IMG/VR virus record: IMGVR_UViG_3300037762_000035
Coordinates: 1-26,497 of that record
Source of the DNA: a virus
Taxonomy: Duplodnaviria; Caudoviricetes
Length of the DNA: 26,497 nucleotides
Strand: one strand, 5' to 3'
The notes beneath the pieces are model-generated. The model was not told the origin of the DNA. It was given only the letters and a program-made list of their open reading frames with translations, and searched no databases. Every line of letters begins with the position of its first letter. Within the stretch, counting starts at the first letter, position 1. The position numbers and the translations under genes are program-made. This document shows positions 14,954 to 22,705 of this stretch, one piece after another.

Positions 14954-15960
14954 GCTCCTTCCCCGTGCTCGTAATGCGGCTGCCCGAAGCGGCGGTCGGC
15001 TTCCTCGGCTGCCGGGTCATAGATCACCGGCCCGATGGTGCAGCCGACCGGCGCGTCGTCCGGCTTGCTCGGACGGAACACCTTCCCGCCGCAGCGGTCG
15101 CAGCCCTCGTAGTCCTCCACGTGCGCGCCCTTCATGGTGGAGCCATAGTGCGCCTTCACCTCGTCGGTCTGCTGCACGTACCACGCATTGAACCGGTCCA
15201 CCTCGGCTTGCGCCTCGGCGCGCGTGTAGGCCATGTGGACCCAGCCGCACGTGACGCAGGTCACCTGCTCGGGGCCCTCCACGGCACACTTGATCTGGCT
15301 GCCGGCTTCGCTGCTGAGGAGCAGGTTCGCGGCGGTGCCAAGCTGCTCGACTGTGCCGTTGTTCAGCACCACCTTGTCGCGCGCCAGCACGTCCAGCCCC
15401 ATCTCGGCGACGTGCGCAGCGGCCCCCGACTGCATCCCCTTGCCCCAGTCGGGGCGCTGCACGTGCCACACCTCGCCGTTGAACATCTCGATGAAGGCGC
15501 GCTCGTTCGGGAAGCGCACGGAGCAGTTGACCAGCCCGCCCCGGTGGGTCTCGGGGTCATCCTTCGCGAGCGCGAGGTAGGCGCGCACGACGAGCCCGGC
15601 CTTAAAAATCCAGTACCCCGGGTTCTGCTTGCGACGGTACTCAGTGCCCCACCATTGGAGAATCTGCCGGGGCGAGTACCACCCGTCCATCGCGTAGTAG
15701 TGGCCGGCCGCGCGCGCCGCGTGGAACAGCACATTCCGGAAGACCTTGTCCTTGCAGTAGGCGTACTGCAACGCGGTCATCGGCTGCTCCTTGGTCTCGC
15801 GCACGTAGAGCACCGCCTTGTCGATGCCGAACGCCGCAGCCACCTCCTCGTACAGCGCGTCGCTGAACGAGAACTTTGTGAAGTTGTGGTGCTCCACGAG
15901 GTAGTCCGCGATGGTGTCCTTGCCCACTCCGGCGGGGCCTGCCAGTCCGATAAGTTTCAT
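14950..15960 (-). CDS. Deoxynucleoside monophosphate kinase with extra C-terminal Cys4 domain
   Basis: GLAGPAGVGKDT, SFSDAL, PRQILQWWGTEY.R, VRFPNE, NNGT; tail CVTCGWVH..CDRCG. Confidence 0.88.
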   Translation of the reverse strand: MKLIGLAGPAGVGKDTIADYLVEHHNFTKFSFSDALYEEVAAAFGIDKAVLYVRETKEQPMTALQYAYCKDKVFRNVLFHAARAAGHYYAMDGWYSPRQILQWWGTEYRRKQNPGYWIFKAGLVVRAYLALAKDDPETHRGGLVNCSVRFPNERAFIEMFNGEVWHVQRPDWGKGMQSGAAAHVAEMGLDVLARDKVVLNNGTVEQLGTAANLLLSSEAGSQIKCAVEGPEQVTCVTCGWVHMAYTRAEAQAEVDRFNAWYVQQTDEVKAHYGSTMKGAHVEDYEGCDRCGGKVFRPSKPDDAPVGCTIGPVIYDPAAEEADRRFGQPHYEHGEGA

Positions 15961-15972
15961 GCGTCCCTCCCT

Positions 15973-16428
15973 TCAGGCGACGGCGTTCTGCGCCGTCATG
16001 GATTTAGCGTAGTCCACCGCCGAAGGTTTCTTCTCGGGGTGGTGCGCCTCGAAGTGTTTAAATAAGCTGTCCCAGTTGGGGAAGATGCGGTCGGCCAAGA
16101 AGCAGAACACGTGGCCCTTCGTCATCGTGCCCTCGGGCGCGACCAGATAGATCAGCTTGTGGTTAGCTAGCGCGAAGCCGTACTCGACCATCTTACCCAT
16201 CGTCTTCGAGGGGTTCTCCAGATCGAGGATGAAGCAGTCAGCGTACATGATCTCGCGCAGGTCCTTCGCCGCCATCTTGCGGCCGAACTGCTCGTCGGTC
16301 ATCCCCTCGGGCTTGATCTGTTCCTCCAGCCACGTCGAGATGACCGAGTGCCCTAGCTGGAACAGGCGCTCCTTGTTATGACGGATGCGGTTCTGTTCCG
16401 AGAACGTCGCGGCGGTGTAGATTTTCAT
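15973..16428 (-). CDS. Nucleoside 2-deoxyribosyltransferase / nucleotide N-glycosidase-like protein
   Basis: KIYTAATF, DLREIMYAD, GKMVEYGFA (candidate catalytic Glu). Confidence 0.75.
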   Translation of the reverse strand: MKIYTAATFSEQNRIRHNKERLFQLGHSVISTWLEEQIKPEGMTDEQFGRKMAAKDLREIMYADCFILDLENPSKTMGKMVEYGFALANHKLIYLVAPEGTMTKGHVFCFLADRIFPNWDSLFKHFEAHHPEKKPSAVDYAKSMTAQNAVA

Positions 16429-16733
16429 GCCGCCCCCTCAGGGAGGTGGTCCTGCGGGAATGCGACGCTGGCCTTAGCGCGTTCCTCCTCCATGAGGCAG
16501 AGGTTCGTCACGAGGCCGGCCATCAGCATGAAGGATCGCAGAGGTACCGCCACCGTGACCGCATCCACCACAGCGGCGGGGGTCTTGTCGAACGGATAAG
16601 CCTGCTGGTAGATCGTCCCGACCTTCAGGATGGGCGGCAGCAGACGGCGCATCTCCGGCAGGAGGGCTCGGTTCTGCTCCTCGCGGTTCACCTTCGGCGT
16701 GTTGTCCTGCTCCGGTGCTTTCTGTTCGGTCAT
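16425..16733 (-). CDS. Hypothetical protein (102 aa)
   Basis: Starts 1 nt after polymerase stop; SD GGAGGGT; ATGA overlap downstream. Confidence 0.7.
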   Translation of the reverse strand: MTEQKAPEQDNTPKVNREEQNRALLPEMRRLLPPILKVGTIYQQAYPFDKTPAAVVDAVTVAVPLRSFMLMAGLVTNLCLMEEERAKASVAFPQDHLPEGAA

Positions 16734-16734
16734 C

Positions 16735-18741
16735 TCACCCTCCCATTGTGTCGTAGATTCCGCCCTCGGCTGCGAGCGGCAAGCCCGGAGCCCACGTCGG
16801 CGACGTTGAAATCGCGCGCATCATATCGTTGTAACACTCGCCTGCTCGATCTTCTTCGACGACGCACATCAGCGCGTCGTGCTCCATCTGCGCTACCTTG
16901 TACGGCTGGAGCCCTGCACGCTGGCGTCCCCATGTCAAGGCGCGCATAGCGTCCGCCACTATAACACGAGTTAGAGCCTGTGTATAGTTCTCCACCATGA
17001 ATCCCCCGTGGAACCGCTTACGCTGGCCCGTGTCGGCGAGGAAGCTGAAGCCGTTCTCCTTGCTGTACTCGATGTGCGGGTAACGCAGCACCAGTCCGTG
17101 CGGCATGAGCAGCCCATCCTCGACGAGGGTAAGCAGTCCGCGGTTGCCGACCTTAGCCCCCACGTACTGGCCCGAGGCCATCCACTTGATCACCTCGTCC
17201 CAGTATTCCCAGTTGCCGGCGATCTTGTCCATCTTACGGCGATAGGTCTGCACGAGGTAGTTCGTCACGGCGCAGTGGATCATGCGGTCGGCCTCGGGCA
17301 GGCGGCTGGGCATGTCCTTGATCTCCCGCACGATGCGCGGGTTCGAGAGAAACGCGGACGGGTCGATGCCGAAGCGGTCCATGTCGTCACGTTTAAACTG
17401 CACCTTCTCCGCCCCGCCTCGGCCCATCAGTAGCTCGCCTGCCAGTCGCAGGTACCCCATGCGGTAGCCGAGGCCGAGGATGCAAATCTTCCCGACCTGT
17501 CCGGGCAACTCGTCCTCGGCCACGTTCTTCCGGTCGATCTTGCGGCCGTACGCATCGCTGGCGAAGTAGTTGTACGCATCCTCACCGCTGGCGAACAGCG
17601 CCACGAGGTCGTCCTGCCCGCTCTCCCATGCGTTGAAGCGCGCCTCGACCTGCGACGCGTCGGCCTTGACGATCTTGTACCCGCTCGGTGCGCGAATGGA
17701 TTTGCGGATTATGCCCTTCTTCGGATTTTTCTTGTTCGTCTTCTCGTAGTTCTGCCAGTTAACTTTGTCACCCCCACTCCACCGCTTGGTCTGGCGCGCG
17801 CCCGAGAAGTTCAGATACACCGGCATCGGTCGCCCGTCCGCACCGAGGCGGAGAAGACGGGCAGTGCGGCTCTCGTTCAGGGTGGACTTGATGCCGACCC
17901 GGGCCTCAGCGAGCAGGCGCACGTCGTCGTCCTCGTGCTCCAGTAGCTCCTGCATCCCGGGATCGGTCTTAGCGAAGGCCCACACCCGCATGGGGGAGCC
18001 GTCCGCGTTCTTCCGCTTCGGGCTCGGCTTAGTCGGGGGCTCGACGTTGAACATCCGGAACAGTGCGGCCAGCTTGTCGCCGGAGCCCAGCACCTTCTTG
18101 TCCGCGCCGCACTCCAGCAGCAGCGTCTCCTTGCGCTTCACCTCGTCGGCATAATACTGGGCCATCATCGCTTGGTCCAGCACCAGCACAGGCTCAGTGA
18201 ACATACGCACGGTCGTGTCAATCAGGTCTAGCTCGGGACGCGGGAACACCTGCATCATCTTCTGGAAGATGCCGAGGGTCAGGTAGCAGTCATTTAAACA
18301 ATACCCCCCGTACGCCTGCCACTCGGCGGGCGTGAAGTCGGCGCGATGCTTGCCCTTGGCCTGCACCACCTCGGTCCCCTTCTCACCCACGTCGTAGTGC
18401 CTCGCCACCTTGCCGAGGCTGCCGCCCACGTTGACCCCATGCAGTGCTCTCGCCATGCTCAGCGTGTCGAGCCAGTACCCCGGCCGCACACCGTAGTGGT
18501 ACGAGGCGATCAACCCATCGAAGTGAGCGTGATGACAGAGCATGCCGACCTGTGACCAGTTCACTCGGCGGGCGAACTCACGCCACTGGTACTCCTCCAG
18601 CCACGCGCGGCGGTCACCGTAGCGGATGCCCACGCCGATCATCTCGAACCTCTGATCCATGACGTAGGCCGACGTGGACAGGTTGCTCAGCGTGTAGTTG
18701 TCGGCGTAATAGGTCTCGAAGTCGAGGGTCATTAACTGCAT
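16735..18741 (-). CDS. polA: DNA polymerase family A with 3'-5' exonuclease domain
   Basis: Exo DFETY, HHAHFD, YCLND; motif A DASQVEAR, motif B KICILGLGY, motif C EHDAL; ATG at 18741 with SD AAGGTG. Confidence 0.93.
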   Translation of the reverse strand: MQLMTLDFETYYADNYTLSNLSTSAYVMDQRFEMIGVGIRYGDRRAWLEEYQWREFARRVNWSQVGMLCHHAHFDGLIASYHYGVRPGYWLDTLSMARALHGVNVGGSLGKVARHYDVGEKGTEVVQAKGKHRADFTPAEWQAYGGYCLNDCYLTLGIFQKMMQVFPRPELDLIDTTVRMFTEPVLVLDQAMMAQYYADEVKRKETLLLECGADKKVLGSGDKLAALFRMFNVEPPTKPSPKRKNADGSPMRVWAFAKTDPGMQELLEHEDDDVRLLAEARVGIKSTLNESRTARLLRLGADGRPMPVYLNFSGARQTKRWSGGDKVNWQNYEKTNKKNPKKGIIRKSIRAPSGYKIVKADASQVEARFNAWESGQDDLVALFASGEDAYNYFASDAYGRKIDRKNVAEDELPGQVGKICILGLGYRMGYLRLAGELLMGRGGAEKVQFKRDDMDRFGIDPSAFLSNPRIVREIKDMPSRLPEADRMIHCAVTNYLVQTYRRKMDKIAGNWEYWDEVIKWMASGQYVGAKVGNRGLLTLVEDGLLMPHGLVLRYPHIEYSKENGFSFLADTGQRKRFHGGFMVENYTQALTRVIVADAMRALTWGRQRAGLQPYKVAQMEHDALMCVVEEDRAGECYNDMMRAISTSPTWAPGLPLAAEGGIYDTMGG

Positions 18742-18887
18742 GACTTCACCTTGATAACGATCTTCGCATCCTGCACCCGGGCAACGCACTCGTTGGCAAG
18801 AACGAACACTCGGTCGGCGTGGTCGCTCAGAGACACGAGCGTGAAGCTCTTATCGAGCGGCCGGCCGCAACAGTAGCACTGTAGCAT
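18732..18887 (-). CDS. Small Cys-containing hypothetical protein (51 aa, MLQCYCCGRPL...)
   Basis: Starts immediately after SPFH stop and overlaps polA start. Confidence 0.55.
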   Translation of the reverse strand: MLQCYCCGRPLDKSFTLVSLSDHADRVFVLANECVARVQDAKIVIKVKSCS

Positions 18888-19433
18888 TTAAACGCGCTGC
18901 GTCGTGTTAGCTTCGTGCACAGGGACCGGCTGGATCAGCCGAATGGAGTTAGCCTTCACCATGTCGGTGAAGGTGATCGCGTGAATCTTGAACCCGTACC
19001 GGTTCACCGACTTGCGCACGAGCGGAGTGATCACGTCCTCGGGCGGCGAGTCGAGCAGCGCCTGCCAGTCCATCTCACCTACGGCCTTGCGTACCGCGCC
19101 GGCCGTCACGTCCACCAGCACGTCAGCTTGGTCCCAGATCAGGGACACATACTTCTCCACGTCGCTGATCTGGTAGCGCACAATGCAGGCAACGACCACG
19201 TGCTTACCGTCCTTGGTGGTCAGGGATTGCGGAGGGATACGCTGCGTGGTCTCGCAGGTCAGCGCCTCGACCACGCGCTCGATGAAGGGCCACTTCCAGT
19301 GATACCCGGGCCCGAGCGTGCGGTGGTACTTGCCCAGCCGGAGCACGCCCCCGCCGGCATACACGTCGATGATCTCACCGGGAGCAGCGCGGTCCCAAAG
19401 GGAGATCAGCAGGTCTAACAGGCGCTCGAACAT
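18888..19433 (-). CDS. SPFH / band 7 (HflC/K-like) domain protein
   Basis: LRLGKYHRTLGPGYHWKWPFIE, QSLTTKDG, VRYQI; SD AGGAGG. Confidence 0.88.
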   Translation of the reverse strand: MFERLLDLLISLWDRAAPGEIIDVYAGGGVLRLGKYHRTLGPGYHWKWPFIERVVEALTCETTQRIPPQSLTTKDGKHVVVACIVRYQISDVEKYVSLIWDQADVLVDVTAGAVRKAVGEMDWQALLDSPPEDVITPLVRKSVNRYGFKIHAITFTDMVKANSIRLIQPVPVHEANTTQRV

Positions 19434-19447
19434 CGTCCCCTCCTATA

Positions 19448-19561
19448 TCAGAATCGGCAGGTGTAAGCGCCGAGCACCTCGTCATCCTCGGTGAACTCCA
19501 GTTCCCATCCGCAGGTCGCGCAACCGGCGAGCAGCAGAACAAGCGCGATAGTATACCTCAC
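19448..19561 (-). CDS. Small lipoprotein (37 aa, MRYTIALVLLLAGC-ATCGWELEFTEDDEVLGAYTCRF)
   Basis: Basic N-terminus, hydrophobic core, lipobox LAGC; GTGA overlap with hydrolase stop. Confidence 0.7.
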   Translation of the reverse strand: MRYTIALVLLLAGCATCGWELEFTEDDEVLGAYTCRF

Positions 19562-19947
19562 TTGCGGCGTGGGCGGTAGAAGATGTGGTCCCCCCACTGG
19601 CCCACTACTTCCAGCTTAGGCGTCACCCAGTGCGGCCTCGGGGAGAGCCCGACCACGTGGTAGTGATCGGCCCCGCCCGTGAAGTCCGCGGCATGGGAGA
19701 GTACGCGCGCGGCGACCTGCTTGGCCCTCTCCCACTCCGGGCCCTTCGGCAGGCGCTCCAGCTTCGAGGGGTGCAGCGTCCACGAGAACTGCTTGTAGCG
19801 GAACGCCTCCCAGCACACCCCCGTGCCGTTCTTCTTGTAGCGGTTGTGCAGCACGTGTGCGATGGCCTCCCGGCCCACGTAGGGCTCCCCCCGCCCCTCG
19901 TGGTACACAGTGAGGGCCATACACAGTGCGGCCTCAGCGAGTATCAG
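19558..19947 (-). CDS. SleB/Hydrolase_2-family cell wall hydrolase
   Basis: CMALTVYHEGRGE, VLHNR, QFSW, HYH, GDHIFYR; probable CTG start at 19947. Confidence 0.88.
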   Translation of the reverse strand: MILAEAALCMALTVYHEGRGEPYVGREAIAHVLHNRYKKNGTGVCWEAFRYKQFSWTLHPSKLERLPKGPEWERAKQVAARVLSHAADFTGGADHYHVVGLSPRPHWVTPKLEVVGQWGDHIFYRPRRK

Positions 19948-20771
19948 CGGAGGGCCTCGATCTCTCGGACCCACTCCTTGATCAACCGCTGAAGCTCAGC
20001 TAGGTCCTTGGCGAGTTGGTTCCACGTCTCGGCTTCGTCGTCACCCGGCTTAGTAAACGGCGGGATATTCTCGATGTTCTCCGGCTTGAGAGACCAGAGT
20101 TCGAGCGACGAACGTCCGTTCAGGAATGCCTTCATGGCGTCGAAGGATACCGCCGAGCCCAAGTGCGAGAGCATACTCTGTTCGTAGGGAAGAAACCGGG
20201 AGCGCAGGAGGGTCACCGTTACACCTTCGGCGATCCCCACCAGCGACCACCTCATGCCGTCCCACGCGAACACCCCGCCGCCGGAGTTACCCGGAGCCAA
20301 GGGAGTCGTGATCGCGGCAGATGGGGACTCGGCTTTGACACCCTGATACCTGCCCTCGGTCAGCACCTGTACCCCCAAGACGGTGTTCATCGGGTACCCG
20401 ATAGCGAGCAGGCGCTCGTCGATCTCGGGCTCGACCGCTGCGACACGGGCGCAGGGGCAGTCCATCGCCACGAGGAGGAGTGCGAGGTCTTTTTCCTTGT
20501 CCACCCGGAGCACCTTGGCCGGCGCGCGCAGCGCACCCACGAAGACGGGCCCATTGGTCATGCCGTGCGCCACCGTGAGCATCAGGCGTGGAGCGATCAT
20601 CACGCCGGAGCCTTGGCTCGATTTCGCCTCGGCCTCCCCATAGATCGCGTGCACGGTCGAGCGCGGGCCGGCGTAGTCGAACTGTCCGGTCTGCATGATG
20701 GCGTACATGAGCCCGATCACCAGCGCGCCGAGGATGGTAATGCTGCGCAGTCCTTTGAAGAACGATTTCAT
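19944..20771 (-). CDS. Membrane-anchored trypsin-like serine protease
   Basis: N-terminal TM; GSG, LTVAH (His), DLALL (Asp), PGNSGG (Ser); SD AAGGAGG before ATG 20771. Confidence 0.9.
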   Translation of the reverse strand: MKSFFKGLRSITILGALVIGLMYAIMQTGQFDYAGPRSTVHAIYGEAEAKSSQGSGVMIAPRLMLTVAHGMTNGPVFVGALRAPAKVLRVDKEKDLALLLVAMDCPCARVAAVEPEIDERLLAIGYPMNTVLGVQVLTEGRYQGVKAESPSAAITTPLAPGNSGGGVFAWDGMRWSLVGIAEGVTVTLLRSRFLPYEQSMLSHLGSAVSFDAMKAFLNGRSSLELWSLKPENIENIPPFTKPGDDEAETWNQLAKDLAELQRLIKEWVREIEALR

Positions 20772-21241
20772 GCCGGCACCTCCTTGAGTGAGTCGATGAT
20801 CGCCGCGCCGGTCTTCAGGAGCAGTCCCTTCCGGGCGAGACGCTTGAGCGCCCGGTACTTCGCCTTCGCGCACGCCGGGTCCAGTCGCGCCGGCTTCGTC
20901 ACCGGCACCAGTTGCTCCTTCGGCTGCACCACTGTGTACTTGTTGTACTCCGTCGGCTTGCCGTCGTCGCCGAAGGCCACCGGCAAGGTGCCGGGAGCAA
21001 ACGTCACCATCTCCACGATGGGCTTGCCCCAGCGGTCCACGACCATGTGCTTGACACGCGTGAGCACCTTCGTCGCCTTGTCCTCCATCGGCAGCCGCAC
21101 GTAGGAAGTCTTCGTCGTGACGCGCGTCGAGTACACCGGGTGCCGGTACATGCGCTGGATGCCCGGGAACGGCGTGATCCCCGGCGTGGCGGACTGATTG
21201 CGGTAGCCCGCCGCACCCCTTAGCTCCTTGGCGATCCTCAT
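20768..21241 (-). CDS. Hypothetical basic protein (157 aa)
   Basis: ATGA overlaps at both ends. Confidence 0.7.
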   Translation of the reverse strand: MRIAKELRGAAGYRNQSATPGITPFPGIQRMYRHPVYSTRVTTKTSYVRLPMEDKATKVLTRVKHMVVDRWGKPIVEMVTFAPGTLPVAFGDDGKPTEYNKYTVVQPKEQLVPVTKPARLDPACAKAKYRALKRLARKGLLLKTGAAIIDSLKEVPA

Positions 21242-21963
21242 TTGTACATCGCCGTCGTGCGGCCCGGGTTCGTGGACAGGTACCGCACGACCATCGTGAG
21301 GTCATCGAACTCGATCCCGTCGGTTCCATGGGGGAGCGACAGCCGCCCCTCCTCGATCAGTCGCTCCACGTGACGGGCGATAGCCGCCACGGTCAGGTGG
21401 GAGTTCTCGCTCAGCGCCTCGCCGTAGATGCGGCTCAGGCCGGCGTTCAGCGTGGCGCGTTTCGCGGCGGCGATGTCCAGCTTGATCGCGCCGAGGGGGT
21501 CAGCCGGTGCGCCCGATTGATAAGCGTCGGGTCTGCTGAGATTCTGCGGGTAGATGGCGAACCCCTGCCACGTACCTTTCTCCATCCCGGCAACCGCTGT
21601 TGACTTCCCGGCACGCTTGCCGCCTCCGAAGGTCTGGTAGAGGCCGACCCCTTTGAAGCCGGGGACGTTCCATGTCAGCGAGTGTGCGAGCGCCGCATTG
21701 TGCGTGCCGAGATACCGCCCGGTCGTGCTCCAGCGGGCGAGCCAGCAGACATCCGCGTTGTGGTCGTGCACCTCGCCCACGATGGGGAACGGGTGCCCGG
21801 AGTTCACGGTAAGGACGACCGCCTCGTCACCGTCGATGGTCTTGAGCGGCTGGTTCAGGTCGAAGCCGTTCAGCTTCGTGCGCTCGACGATGGCACCGTT
21901 CATAATCTTCCTCAGCCCCCGGATGGGGCGGCGGTTCAGAGCCCGCAGGTAATCATGGTCCAT
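21238..21963 (-). CDS. Hypothetical protein (241 aa)
   Basis: SD AAGGAG; coding-strand codon usage. Confidence 0.75.
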   Translation of the reverse strand: MDHDYLRALNRRPIRGLRKIMNGAIVERTKLNGFDLNQPLKTIDGDEAVVLTVNSGHPFPIVGEVHDHNADVCWLARWSTTGRYLGTHNAALAHSLTWNVPGFKGVGLYQTFGGGKRAGKSTAVAGMEKGTWQGFAIYPQNLSRPDAYQSGAPADPLGAIKLDIAAAKRATLNAGLSRIYGEALSENSHLTVAAIARHVERLIEEGRLSLPHGTDGIEFDDLTMVVRYLSTNPGRTTAMYK

Positions 21964-21988
21964 GTGATCTCCTTGTAAGTTGGTTGAT

Positions 21989-22444
21989 CTAGTCCAGTCG
22001 CCACTTCAACTGAAGCGCCAGCGCAGCCGGGGCGAACACCACGTTCACCCCGAAGCTACCGAAGTCTCTCGTCGCTATGCCGGTCAGCCATGGTGCCAGC
22101 CGGCCATCGTCATAACCACTGACGATGCCGAAGGTGGTACCGATGCGCCACGTAGCGATCTCCCACGGGGTGTACCCGCCGAACAGGTAGTTGGTCTGGC
22201 GGTTGAATGAGTTCTCGTAGAAGCCCGCGCTCACGGACCATGTGTCGGAGAGCCGGCGCTCCAGTCCGAATCCCCCGTTGTTCTCGTTGTACCCCCGACC
22301 CCCGTTCCGCTGATCGCTACGGTCGAAGTGGTAAGACGCGGTCGTGTAGACCACATAGTCCCGGGGCTCCTCGGCGTGTGCGTTGGTGACACACTGCACC
22401 AAGCCGAGGAGGACGAGCGCGAGGAATGCGCGGAGGACGGTCAT
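21989..22444 (-). CDS. Predicted outer-membrane beta-barrel protein, PagP-like
   Basis: Signal peptide ending AHA; SYHF, YNENNGGFGLE, GFYENS, GIVSGY; alternating beta-strands; C-terminal LQLKWRL. Confidence 0.7.
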   Translation of the reverse strand: MTVLRAFLALVLLGLVQCVTNAHAEEPRDYVVYTTASYHFDRSDQRNGGRGYNENNGGFGLERRLSDTWSVSAGFYENSFNRQTNYLFGGYTPWEIATWRIGTTFGIVSGYDDGRLAPWLTGIATRDFGSFGVNVVFAPAALALQLKWRLD

Positions 22445-22445
22445 G

Positions 22446-22622
22446 TTACCCGAGACGGCGCACCGTGGTCTGCGTCTTGCTGATGGACGACACCGCATAT
22501 TTGCCCTTGCCGAGAGCGCGGTGCGCGGTGACGGCGGCGACGTTGCGGTTCGCCTTGACGGTGATCGCGCGGCCCTTGCGGATACCGCTGATCTGCGCCC
22601 TGAGTGTCTTCTTGATGGTCAT
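22446..22622 (-). CDS. Small very basic protein (58 aa, no Asp/Glu)
   Basis: SD AGGAGG; first gene after promoter 22668-22697; MTIKKTLRAQISGIRKGRAITVKANRN... Confidence 0.78.
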   Translation of the reverse strand: MTIKKTLRAQISGIRKGRAITVKANRNVAAVTAHRALGKGKYAVSSISKTQTTVRRLG

Positions 22623-22667
22623 CGTGTCCTCCTATTCAGTTGAAAGGTTAAGAGTAATAACCCCGAG

Positions 22668-22697
22668 AGTGTAATGCTAAGGCTGTGAGGTTGTCAA
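22668..22697 (-). promoter_or_regulatory. sigma70-type promoter
   Basis: TTGACA (22697-22692) -18 bp- TACACT (22673-22668) in an AT-richer intergenic gap. Confidence 0.72.
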
Positions 22698-22705
22698 GCA
22701 GTGCT

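Noticed and set aside
16735-18741. PolA as DpoZ of a 2-aminoadenine (Z) genome
   Set aside because: No purZ, datZ or mazZ in the window, and avoidance of A-containing restriction sites suggests DNA that remains cleavable; cannot be excluded without the rest of the genome
3203-21104. Long plus-strand ORFs (3203-4573, 14965-16065, 20016-21104 and similar)
   Set aside because: Antisense shadows of GC3-rich minus-strand genes that carry clear family motifs; no SD or recognisable domains
20772-21329. 186-aa N-terminal extension of the serine protease in the ORF track (461 aa)
   Set aside because: It overlaps two better-supported genes; the SD AAGGAGG, ATGA overlap and N-terminal TM segment place the start at 20771
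21598-21627. Walker A-like GGGKRAGKST in the 241-aa hypothetical protein
   Set aside because: No recognisable Walker B or surrounding P-loop NTPase pattern; insufficient to call an ATPase
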